NCBI GenBank assembly: GCA_020632195.1
Contig: JACKGA010000005.1
Coordinates: 1 to 45,433 of the forward strand
Source of the DNA: Candidatus Nomurabacteria bacterium
GTDB lineage: Bacteria; Patescibacteriota; Minisyncoccia; Phycocordibacterales; UBA1006
Direction of reading: 5' to 3'
DNA length: 45,433 bases
The translations under genes and the position numbers were made by a program. How positions within the stretch are numbered: position 1 is the first letter of the stretch; every line of letters begins with the position of its first letter. Shown here piece after piece: positions 8,916 to 16,987 of the stretch. Below the pieces are notes generated by a model, which made no database searches, was not told the DNA's origin, and saw nothing but the letters and a program-made list of their open reading frames with translations.

Positions 8916-8977
8916 ACACTCTTATTTAATAAGTGAAAGCGTTTTGTTTGTTTTATCAATGTGTCTGGGTATGCGGT
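8755..8977. repeat. Perfect 16-bp inverted repeat, 191-nt spacer
   Basis: ACCGCATACCCAGACA (8755-8770) vs TGTCTGGGTATGCGGT (8962-8977). Confidence 0.9.
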
Positions 8978-8990
8978 AGCAATATCGCAT

Positions 8991-9045
8991 GTTGCATTCA
9001 TATCATTGATATTTCACAAAGAGATATTAGTGATATGAATGCAAC
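8991..9045 (+). promoter_or_regulatory. 25-bp hairpin containing the ATG at 9035
   Basis: 8991-9005/9031-9045 15 bp perfect, plus 10 bp with G-U pairs, loop ACAAA. Confidence 0.75.
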
Positions 9046-9193
9046 TTCACTAAAAACCGTTACGCTTCCGGGCGTAACGGTAGTTGGTAAGATTGATCTT
9101 TCTAAATTTACCACTAAAGGTGGTAAGAGAAGAAAGAGAAGCTTCAGAATTCGACCAGCCACAAATGTGCTGGGAGATTTCTTGAAGAAGTAA
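9035..9193 (+). CDS. Small basic peptide (52 aa)
   Basis: MNATSLKTVTLPGVTVVGKIDLSKFTTKGGKRRKRSFRIRPATNVLGDFLKK; the ORF-track GTG extension runs through structured RNA and looks non-coding. Confidence 0.55.
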   Translation: MNATSLKTVTLPGVTVVGKIDLSKFTTKGGKRRKRSFRIRPATNVLGDFLKK

Positions 9194-9237
9194 TCTTACC
9201 AAAATCGGCTCCCGCATCCTCGGGAGGATAATGATGT

Positions 9238-9459
9238 GTGATCCTGAACAATAGTAAGGAAACACACATAATGGGTCTGGTGTGCCTCTTCGCCAGCTGC
9301 AGGGTTGCAGAAAAAGAAGAGGCAGGGTATCGGTATCTGATCAATGGTTATGATCGAGATACCACTCTTATTCACTTCATCAGTCATGGTGGGGTGATTG
9401 GGGTTTTCCCAATGTATGTCCCTGTAGACATTAAATGGCAGCGCAAAAAAGTAATCTGA
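9238..9459 (+). CDS. Small hypothetical protein
   Basis: 73 aa ORF after GGGAGG held in a CTCCC/GGGAG hairpin; start uncertain. Confidence 0.35.
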   Translation: MILNNSKETHIMGLVCLFASCRVAEKEEAGYRYLINGYDRDTTLIHFISHGGVIGVFPMYVPVDIKWQRKKVI

Positions 9460-9533
9460 AGCGAGATACAGATTGCAGGTTTTTAACTGGCGAGCGTATC
9501 ATGATTCTCTTGGAATGAATGATGTGATCAATA

Positions 9534-9863
9534 GTGGCACAATTACCTGAAAATATTGTGTTTCAAATCCTTAAATTTAAGGAGATGAAAGCAGAAAAAA
9601 TTTTACTTTGGGCGCAAATGCAAAGCACCGGAGTTGATTTTTCTGTAAACGGGATAACCTTCCAAATCTCTTACCTTGGTAAGGGATTCTGGAAGAGGTA
9701 TTTCCACAAGGGTTCACACCCTACTCGTGGAAATGTTTCTCAAACAGAAATGCAGGACGCTTTGGATAAAGCGACTACATTTACTCTGTATGAGGGGCAA
9801 AAACCTCATGAGGTTTCCCGTCAGGAATTCGAGCAGATGGTGGCATCTGTTTTTAATTTCTGA
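9534..9863 (+). CDS. Hypothetical protein
   Basis: 109 aa, natural composition, co-oriented with the island; start uncertain. Confidence 0.55.
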   Translation: MAQLPENIVFQILKFKEMKAEKILLWAQMQSTGVDFSVNGITFQISYLGKGFWKRYFHKGSHPTRGNVSQTEMQDALDKATTFTLYEGQKPHEVSRQEFEQMVASVFNF

Positions 9864-9906
9864 TACAGAAAAATCTGAATAAGATTCGGAGTGGAGGTGA
9901 GAAATA

Positions 9907-10119
9907 TTCTTATCAAGAGCTTGGCAACAGAACTCTCTAGCCAGTACTGAAAGGGGCTTGATACCGAGTAAGAAAACAAAAACAAACCGAGCAGGCGTAA
10001 GTTTGCTCGTGGTGATCCGCACCAACAAGATAGCGGGGTGGCGCAAGTGTCGAAATTCCAACAATCGGAATGGAGAACAGCTCAAGTCACAGCTTAAAAG
10101 CACCTTAAGCAAGTGCTTT
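9907..10119 (+). promoter_or_regulatory. Structured 5' leader of the AAA+ gene
   Basis: Several stems including CGAGCAGGC-GTAA-GTTTGCTCG (9988-10009) and AAAGCAC/GTGCTTT (10097-10119). Confidence 0.55.
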
Positions 10120-10126
10120 CAAGAAA

Positions 10127-11200
10127 ATGGACGTAACAAAAATCCCGTCCATCCTTGAGGAAGGATTCGTATTCACCGACGAGGTGAGCAGAATTCTTTC
10201 GCTCGGAATGGGCGGACGGAAAAACGTCATCATTTTCGGACCTGGCGGTCATGCCAAGTCCGAGATGGTGCAGGCCATTGTCCGCGGCCTCGGACTTGAG
10301 TCCGAAACCTTCTTCCAATTTTTTGGAGAAGGAATGGACGAGTCCAGACTGTTCGGAGGTCTGGATTTCAAAAAACTGGAGGAAGAAAAAGTACTCCAGT
10401 ACTTTCCCGAAAAAAGTTTCTTGAACAGCCGCGTTGCGGTGTTCGAGGAGCTCTTTGATGCGCCAGCTTCCGTGTTGTTGGCGCTCAAAGATTGTTTGAC
10501 AGCACGGGAACTGCGCAATGGGGCTCAACGCTTCCCCATGCGCACGGAGGTGATAATATGCTTGACCAACAAGCAGCCCTCCGAAATTTCAGAGCTTGGG
10601 CCTGCTGCCCATGCGCTGATCGAGCGTTTTCCATTGCAGTATAATCTGCAGTGGAAGGATTATTCCGCAAAGAGCTATACTCAGCTCTTTGAAAAGGTTG
10701 CGCCTCGCTTGGGCGGACCGATCCTAAACGGATTTAAAGCAGTTTTGGCCGAAATCCTGGCCAAAGCTACGGCAGAAGGTAATTTTGTCTCACCGAGGAC
10801 TGCGGTCCACGCATATCAGGTGTGTCAAACATCTGCGAAACTGCGTGATGCAGACCATGTGGGACAAGAAGATCTGGTAGATCTCCGCTATCTGCCAGGT
10901 TTGGAAGGGTTGGCTTCAACCATTGAAGCTGACCTGAAAGCCGCCATGGAACGGGCGGCAGCGGAAAAAAACCTTCATACAGCGCAGGAGGAATTTGATG
11001 TGCTGAAAAACGAGGTCGAAAGGGAGACCTCGCCTATCAAGATTCTTCAGGCGGTAAAACGTCTGAGCGGCTTGCAGGATAAACTCGCAGAAGTGCGAGT
11101 TCCTGATGGCTTGACTGATAAGCGCAATAAAATGCGCGATGCGGTTTCTGGTCTGATAACCTCAGGCCAGCAGAGAGCCATCGACAGCACGCGCATTTAG
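10127..11200 (+). CDS. MoxR-family AAA+ ATPase, RavA-like
   Basis: Walker A GPGGHAKS (RavA-type AKS), Walker B VAVFEE, sensor ICLTN, ALIERFPL; C-terminal coiled coil. Confidence 0.85.
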   Translation: MDVTKIPSILEEGFVFTDEVSRILSLGMGGRKNVIIFGPGGHAKSEMVQAIVRGLGLESETFFQFFGEGMDESRLFGGLDFKKLEEEKVLQYFPEKSFLNSRVAVFEELFDAPASVLLALKDCLTARELRNGAQRFPMRTEVIICLTNKQPSEISELGPAAHALIERFPLQYNLQWKDYSAKSYTQLFEKVAPRLGGPILNGFKAVLAEILAKATAEGNFVSPRTAVHAYQVCQTSAKLRDADHVGQEDLVDLRYLPGLEGLASTIEADLKAAMERAAAEKNLHTAQEEFDVLKNEVERETSPIKILQAVKRLSGLQDKLAEVRVPDGLTDKRNKMRDAVSGLITSGQQRAIDSTRI

Positions 11201-11520
11201 CCGTGCTTGTCCAATGTGAGTTTATTTCTTCTCATTCTCTGCTTTGCGAAGCATGACGCAGAACAAAAGAAATTATTTGTCCCCGTATGCTCCACACAAA
11301 ATGGGTTTGTTGTGAGAATAATGGAGAGCCACGAACAGAGCAGACTGTTCATAAGGGGTTTAGGGTTAAAAACTAATTTTGCCGAGTAGAAATATTCGGC
11401 ATCCTTATTCAGATTTTCAAAATTTCTATTAGAGAGATTGAAAGTTTGATAGGGAGCAACGAAACTGCCCAAGCAATTTTGCAAAAGAAGTTTCAACATC
11501 GGCCAAGGAGGGCCGTCGAT
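11201..11520 (+). promoter_or_regulatory. Structured 320-nt spacer between AAA+ and VWA genes
   Basis: TGCCGAGTA-GAAA-TATTCGGCA hairpin, GAACAG/CTGTTC stem, SD AAGGAG in the loop of a GGCC/GGCC stem. Confidence 0.5.
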
Positions 11521-12870
11521 ATGTCGCAAACATTTCGAACCGCTCCTCCCGCGCATTATATATCTCCCTCGAAAGAGGAGATGCGGGAGGTAGCAGAAAA
11601 AATCGGCCTATCCAAGTTCTCACCTGACTTGGCGGCCGATTTGGCAAATATTGCAGCTGGTGGAAAAATACTTCCGCCATCTGCATATAAAGAGCAGGTG
11701 AAAAAAGTTGTCGAGGAGAAGCTCCCAGCTCCCGACAGTTCTGGTTACTGGGAGCTGGCGAACGGCAGTTATACTAACTCTAAAAGCAAAAAGCTTGCGG
11801 ATGCGGTAGAACAAGCCGTTCGCTACCACCAAAACGTTTGCGATTTTTTGCAGACGGTAGAGGTGGAAAATTTGCCTGGTTCGACTCCGCTCGAACAGGC
11901 GATGAATTGTCTGAAACTACTCAGTAAAATGAGTGGTGGTTCAGGCGAAGGTAGTGGAGAATCCCTGCCCATATTCGCCGAGAAGGCGGAGCAGGCAGGG
12001 CAAAAAGTTAATCAAGTTTTGGATCAGGTTGAAAGCCTGACTCAGGATGAGAAAGACCTTTTGGATCCGGATCAGGACGCTGGTTCGGGTGCAAGCGAGG
12101 GTGCTGATGACGATCAGCAAAAAATGTCCCTTGCCGAGGACATGCTGAATGGAAAGGATATTATGCTTTCCATAAGCAGAAATCTCGACAAGCTCACGCG
12201 GATGCAAGTTCGCAAGAGCAAAAAGCAGGAAGCGGATCCTGCTGGGGACGATATCCGCAAGCGCCCAATCCGTCACTTGGGCGAACTCAACAGGATTGAA
12301 AAGTCCTATTGGGGAATTCGCCAGCAGTCAAAGAGTTACTTTGACTATCTGGCCGTTACCGGAGGCATCCCCGTCCGGGAACGAGTGACGACCATTGAAA
12401 AAAAGCAGTTGTTGTATATCATTATCGACTGCTCCGGATCAATGGGTGAGGGGAAAAGAATCTTTAAAGCCGGGGGGATTCTGATGAACCGCTTAAAAGC
12501 GGTAATTGCCGGCGAGGCGGAGCTGTACGTCCGCCTATTTGATACCGAGCTGAAGCAGGAGTACCATGCCTGTACACCAGCAGAAGCAAAAGAGCTAATC
12601 AAGCACTTTACCGAGAAAAACTATTCGGGCGGAAGCACGGATATCTCGGGCTGTGCGAGAGCAGCTCAGAAGCGTATCGAAGAAATTATTGCCAACGGAG
12701 CCACCTATCGTCCGGAACTGGTGGTCATTACCGATGGCGATGACAGTATAAAACTTACAACAAAGGATTTTCCGGGCACGAAGATGCATGCCTTTGTTGT
12801 CGACACAGCCAATAACGCGCTTTGCGAGATTGCGAAAGCAACTGGTGGCGTTGGCGTGAACCAGATGTAA
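11521..12870 (+). CDS. VWA domain protein (ViaA/CoxE-like partner of MoxR)
   Basis: Complete MIDAS: IIIDCSGSM, GGSTDIS, VVITDG; start at ATG 11521 after AAGGAGG. Confidence 0.85.
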   Translation: MSQTFRTAPPAHYISPSKEEMREVAEKIGLSKFSPDLAADLANIAAGGKILPPSAYKEQVKKVVEEKLPAPDSSGYWELANGSYTNSKSKKLADAVEQAVRYHQNVCDFLQTVEVENLPGSTPLEQAMNCLKLLSKMSGGSGEGSGESLPIFAEKAEQAGQKVNQVLDQVESLTQDEKDLLDPDQDAGSGASEGADDDQQKMSLAEDMLNGKDIMLSISRNLDKLTRMQVRKSKKQEADPAGDDIRKRPIRHLGELNRIEKSYWGIRQQSKSYFDYLAVTGGIPVRERVTTIEKKQLLYIIIDCSGSMGEGKRIFKAGGILMNRLKAVIAGEAELYVRLFDTELKQEYHACTPAEAKELIKHFTEKNYSGGSTDISGCARAAQKRIEEIIANGATYRPELVVITDGDDSIKLTTKDFPGTKMHAFVVDTANNALCEIAKATGGVGVNQM

Positions 12871-13074
12871 TAATCTAGTGAGTGTATCTGAGGGAAAATG
12901 TTGTATGCCCTATCATATTGATAAAAGAAGAACGATTAAAACAGGAGGTTTTATGAGAGATCCACCTCTTTTAATTTGCCGAGGATGGGCGGCTGAGACC
13001 CATAAAAGCATTTCTATTAGTGTCCAATAACAACCTGCAAACAACTTTACGGAATAGAACGTGTTAAGTAGTTG

Positions 13075-13250
13075 TCTCCCTCCTGAGATTGGGGCGCTTT
13101 TGAAGCGAAATTCAAAAACCGGAAACCTCGCCGGCAATACAATGAGGGAGTTAAAGGGTTTTAACGATAGGGGGTTATTTAGGCAAACTAAAATATAGTT
13201 TGCCTTCCTTATTCCCTTCATCATGAGAGAGTGGTGAGGGGATTGGGAAA
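13075..13250 (+). promoter_or_regulatory. Structured leader of ORF 13269
   Basis: CTCCCTC/GAGGGAG, TTTTGAA/TTCAAAA, AGGCAAACTA/TAGTTTGCCT and a ~19-bp imperfect hairpin. Confidence 0.45.
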
Positions 13251-13268
13251 ATTTAAAATTAAATAGAA

Positions 13269-13937
13269 ATGAAAACAAAAGAAAAGAAAAAAGATTCAAT
13301 ACGGATCATGTGGTATTCAGCGCATCAGCCACACCGACTGGAAATTACTGAACTGAAAAAAATATTTGGTGTCGATGTTGTGATTGACATACATGGCTCA
13401 GGGCATACAAAACGTAACTACCTGTCTGCCAAAAGTATTGTTCAAACATTCAAAGATGGCAATTATGATGAAATACTTATGATTGCACCTCTATCAGTTA
13501 TTCAAGCAGTCCTTGACTTAGGTGTTCAACCACTCAAGGCTCGGGTGGAACAATTATCTGGCCCAGGAAAACACGACTTCGAATACATGGGAAGATATTT
13601 TAAATTTTTGACTCCTATGTTCGAGCGTGTACAGGAAATACAAATTATTGCAGAGCCTATCTATGAATTCCAAATAATTAGTCTTGATAATATCTTTATC
13701 TTACCAGAAGTTTTTTATAATTGGAAACAAAAAAGTTTAGACTTTGTTTTGACTATCAAGGATGATTGTGAAAGGTTAGGTATTAGTTTACAGAAGTCTG
13801 TAGATAGTGAAGAGACTCTGATACTATACCCAGACGGGAAAGCAGCCATTGCAATTATCATGCCATATAGTGTTGATGGGGAAAAACGCATATTTAAAAT
13901 GCCTCTTCAAGAACATCAGTGGTCTTGGAAGGAATAA
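13269..13937 (+). CDS. Hypothetical two-domain protein, N-terminal small Rossmann-like domain
   Basis: 222 aa; IMWYSAH...YDEILMIAPLSVIQ pattern. Confidence 0.7.
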   Translation: MKTKEKKKDSIRIMWYSAHQPHRLEITELKKIFGVDVVIDIHGSGHTKRNYLSAKSIVQTFKDGNYDEILMIAPLSVIQAVLDLGVQPLKARVEQLSGPGKHDFEYMGRYFKFLTPMFERVQEIQIIAEPIYEFQIISLDNIFILPEVFYNWKQKSLDFVLTIKDDCERLGISLQKSVDSEETLILYPDGKAAIAIIMPYSVDGEKRIFKMPLQEHQWSWKE

Positions 13938-14096
13938 ACTAAGTTTTTAATAATGGCCGGGGAAGATTCCCTGGTCATTTGATATATTAATGTTCTTTTT
14001 TAGATAATCTTTTCATATCAAAATATTTGACGAACAATGATTTTTCATATTTACTGAAAGGGAAACATCTTTGTTAATCTTTTAAATCTAAAGACA

Positions 14097-14690
14097 ATGA
14101 AACAATCACATAGCTCTCAAAAAACAGACAATGAACTTATTCAAGATTTCTTGGAACAGGACAGCACACTTGCTGTCGAGGCTTTGATCAATAGATACTA
14201 TAAGAAATTATTGAATGCGATTCTTTTTCTTACCAAGAACCAAGCACAAGCAGAAGATCTGTCTCAAGATATCTGGATCAAGATCTTGGACAAACTTCGT
14301 GCTGGAAAATACACAGAAGGTAATTTTCCTGGATGGGCACAACGCATTGCTTATACTACCTGTATTGATTTTTTGCGTAAACAGAAACGACAAAAAACCT
14401 TTGCAACGCCACCAGGCCATGACCACCTACGAGGATCTTTTGCTCATGAGGATAATCAGCCAGACCAGCTTCTTATAAAAGACGAAACCAGGTACCGCGT
14501 ACGCGCCTTCGTTGATGCATTGCCTTTGGAGCAAAAAGAAATTGTCTTGCTACGGCATTATGCTGATCTCAAATTTTCTGAAATTGCTCAACTTTTGGAC
14601 ATAAGTATCAATACCGCATTAGGACGTATGCGCTATGCACTTATAAATATGAGAAAAATGATTGATCAGCAAAAAAATGGACTCATGTAA
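14097..14690 (+). CDS. ECF sigma-70 factor, Bacteroidota-type
   Basis: Region 2 AEDLSQDIWIKI...FPGWAQRIAYTTCIDFLRK; region 4 LPLEQKEIVLLRHYADLKFSEIAQLLDISINTALGRMRYAL. Confidence 0.92.
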   Translation: MKQSHSSQKTDNELIQDFLEQDSTLAVEALINRYYKKLLNAILFLTKNQAQAEDLSQDIWIKILDKLRAGKYTEGNFPGWAQRIAYTTCIDFLRKQKRQKTFATPPGHDHLRGSFAHEDNQPDQLLIKDETRYRVRAFVDALPLEQKEIVLLRHYADLKFSEIAQLLDISINTALGRMRYALINMRKMIDQQKNGLM

Positions 14691-14719
14691 AAAATCCCCC
14701 ATAGAGTATCGGGGATTTT
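14691..14719 (+). terminator. Terminator after the ECF sigma gene
   Basis: AAAATCCCC...GGGGATTTT stem with T tail. Confidence 0.65.
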
Positions 14720-14822
14720 TAGTTAGATATTTGATTTCTCAGGTCGAAATCATTCAGGTGCTTTGTGGAAGGCACACACCTATCATCGGATGATGAGTAT
14801 AGAGTTATAATCTAACATTATA

Positions 14823-15755
14823 TTATTTTAACAGCGCAAGAATAATCTTCTGTGCGCTTCGTCTTTCTTTTTTTGTGAACGTTGCTTCTTTGAGTTTGAT
14901 AACTTCATTGTATGTCCCAAGCGCCATATCTTGGGTTGTAGCGTTATAGATGACTACTACCTGTTGTTCTTTTTTGCTAGTTTCCTGAGGAAATACAGCA
15001 TAATGATATTCCCCATCTCTTCCGTTGAAGACCAGATTGGTTTCTTGGATGCGTGGGATGATCGCCTCTGTGAATTTTTGAGCTGTGGCTCCATCACAGA
15101 TTCGTATGATATTCTTTCGTATATTGTTTGGTATGGTGAGGGGTCGCAGATTCTCATCTTCTCGTTTTTCCTCTACTTCAATAGGTGACGTCACCTCCTG
15201 GTGTTTTAAAAAATGAGCCACCTCTTCTTCTTTTTCTTCTTGTGGTTCTTCAACTTTGGTAGTGATCTTTTTTTCTCTCACCTCATCTTCCGCCTGAAGC
15301 GTGTAGAGAGATTCTTTTTTCTTGATAAGAAAATCTAATCCTAGATCTTCTATTTCGACACCGGTTTCAGCGGTAAAGTCAGCCAGGTTGTGTCGAGATT
15401 TTTCGATCTGTGTCGCGCTTATTTCTCCCGCTTTGTTTTTATTGTTTTTGAAGTAAGCGTGCTCCACAACATAGGCATAATAAGGCTCTTGGTTGGTTTC
15501 ATTATTGCGATGGAATACAATCTCTCCATCCTCATAAGAAAAATAATCTCCCGGATATAGAAGTACCGAGAATTTTTTTGCAGGGTCGTACAGACCCATT
15601 TCTTCCGCCACCATGTAGCAGTTGATGTTCAATCCTTCTTGGATTTCGAGTCGCGCAAGGGCATCAATAGCGCCTTTGCTATTCACCAATACGTTACCAG
15701 CAGACACAAGTCCGAAACTCATAAGTAAAGCAAACAAAAATAATATCTTTTTCAT
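14823..15755 (-). CDS. Secreted hypothetical protein
   Basis: Signal peptide MKKILFLFALLMSFGLVSA; 310 aa. Confidence 0.75.
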   Translation of the reverse strand: MKKILFLFALLMSFGLVSAGNVLVNSKGAIDALARLEIQEGLNINCYMVAEEMGLYDPAKKFSVLLYPGDYFSYEDGEIVFHRNNETNQEPYYAYVVEHAYFKNNKNKAGEISATQIEKSRHNLADFTAETGVEIEDLGLDFLIKKKESLYTLQAEDEVREKKITTKVEEPQEEKEEEVAHFLKHQEVTSPIEVEEKREDENLRPLTIPNNIRKNIIRICDGATAQKFTEAIIPRIQETNLVFNGRDGEYHYAVFPQETSKKEQQVVVIYNATTQDMALGTYNEVIKLKEATFTKKERRSAQKIILALLK

Positions 15756-15782
15756 ATTTTCTTTTTTTAATGTTTTGCAGGT

Positions 15783-15846
15783 ATCATACATATATTGGTA
15801 TTTTCGTCAACAATTATATTGACATTCTGTCAAATATATATAGTAT
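15783..15846. promoter_or_regulatory. Divergent sigma70 promoters
   Basis: Plus strand TTGACA (15819-24)-16-TAGTAT; minus strand TTGACG (15810-05)-16-TATGAT; palindrome TTGACA-ttc-TGTCAA. Confidence 0.65.
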
Positions 15847-15881
15847 GACGTACAAACTTTTTCAAATTAAAAACTAAAATC

Positions 15882-16952
15882 ATGAAAAAAATTATAATAT
15901 GTATTATCTGTAGCATTTCTTTTGCTACTACTTTTGCTTTAGCAGCAACTGACCAACGAATTCTTACCCTGAATTCAGATTATTCCGAGATGTTCAACGA
16001 ACTGGGAGTGAGTCCGACAAACAGACTCACTTGGAAACTCATGCCGGAATACCGAGCAGAAGAATCTTCAAAATTCAATGTGACCTGTACGGTTCAAGAG
16101 GAAACAGTATCCTTTTCACAAAGCCGTGATACGGTAAAAATAGTGTACTCTGTATCAGGTGAATTGTCTGGAAACATTGAAGTCTCACAGATCAAGCTTA
16201 CAGAATTTGACCAGCTTTGGTCAGCGGCTGATATAGATCCAGAAAAACCCTGGGAGCACCATACATCATTTTTTTCTGCTCAGACGAAGTCATCCATGAT
16301 ATTCATATCATACAATGGAAAGCGTATTATTCTTGACGAGGTAGTAGACCAGTTAAATACATTTTCTATTACGGATGATATTCTTGAAAGAGATGTGTCT
16401 CTTGATCTTCAAAAAGGTCTTTTGAGGATTTATCCCAAGAGTCACTTTTTTGGGCTAACAACTCCGGGAGCTTGGAACGTGTACATTTCTCCGCCAGTTA
16501 TTGAAAAAAAAGATTTGTCTTTGGCTGATGTTGAACAAGTAGAGGTGGAGATGTTTTTCACGGGGTTACGAGGGAATAGAACAATTACGTTTTATCCCGA
16601 CTCAATTGTTTTTTCCAGCGCGAACAATCAAGTCAAAATGATTGGATATAAAAAAAGTGCTGAATTAGCTATGGATATTATGTTTATTTTGTCTTTTGAG
16701 AGAAAGGATAAGAGAGCATATTTTGTTGATTTTTGGGATCGAGAGCAAACCCAATACAGTGAACAGAAGTATGTCCTTTTTTCAGTTTCGATAAAGGAAC
16801 AAGGAGGAGAGATTCAGTCCAAGCGTCTTTCGGGATCTCACCTACCAACGTATGGGACCTATCCTGATGCCGACCTTGCAAAAAAGGGGAGCGAAAAAAC
16901 GGCCCCCTATGCTAACCAATTTGCAGAAATGTTATTAGGTTGGCAAAAATAA
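15882..16952 (+). CDS. Secreted hypothetical protein
   Basis: Signal peptide MKKIIICIICSISFATTFALA; 356 aa, beta-rich. Confidence 0.75.
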   Translation: MKKIIICIICSISFATTFALAATDQRILTLNSDYSEMFNELGVSPTNRLTWKLMPEYRAEESSKFNVTCTVQEETVSFSQSRDTVKIVYSVSGELSGNIEVSQIKLTEFDQLWSAADIDPEKPWEHHTSFFSAQTKSSMIFISYNGKRIILDEVVDQLNTFSITDDILERDVSLDLQKGLLRIYPKSHFFGLTTPGAWNVYISPPVIEKKDLSLADVEQVEVEMFFTGLRGNRTITFYPDSIVFSSANNQVKMIGYKKSAELAMDIMFILSFERKDKRAYFVDFWDREQTQYSEQKYVLFSVSIKEQGGEIQSKRLSGSHLPTYGTYPDADLAKKGSEKTAPYANQFAEMLLGWQK

Positions 16953-16987
16953 CAAAAAAATTTCTTAACCAAAAAAATAAAGACATC

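Noticed and set aside
9907-10045. SAM-I or c-di-GMP-I riboswitch
   Set aside because: Only edge fragments match. The GAGGGACUGG/GCAACC core and the GGACGCAAAGC junction are missing.
14723-14815. Integron attC site (GTTRRRY and RYYYAAC boxes)
   Set aside because: The boxes are in the wrong order for attC, there is no array of similar sites, and no integron integrase.
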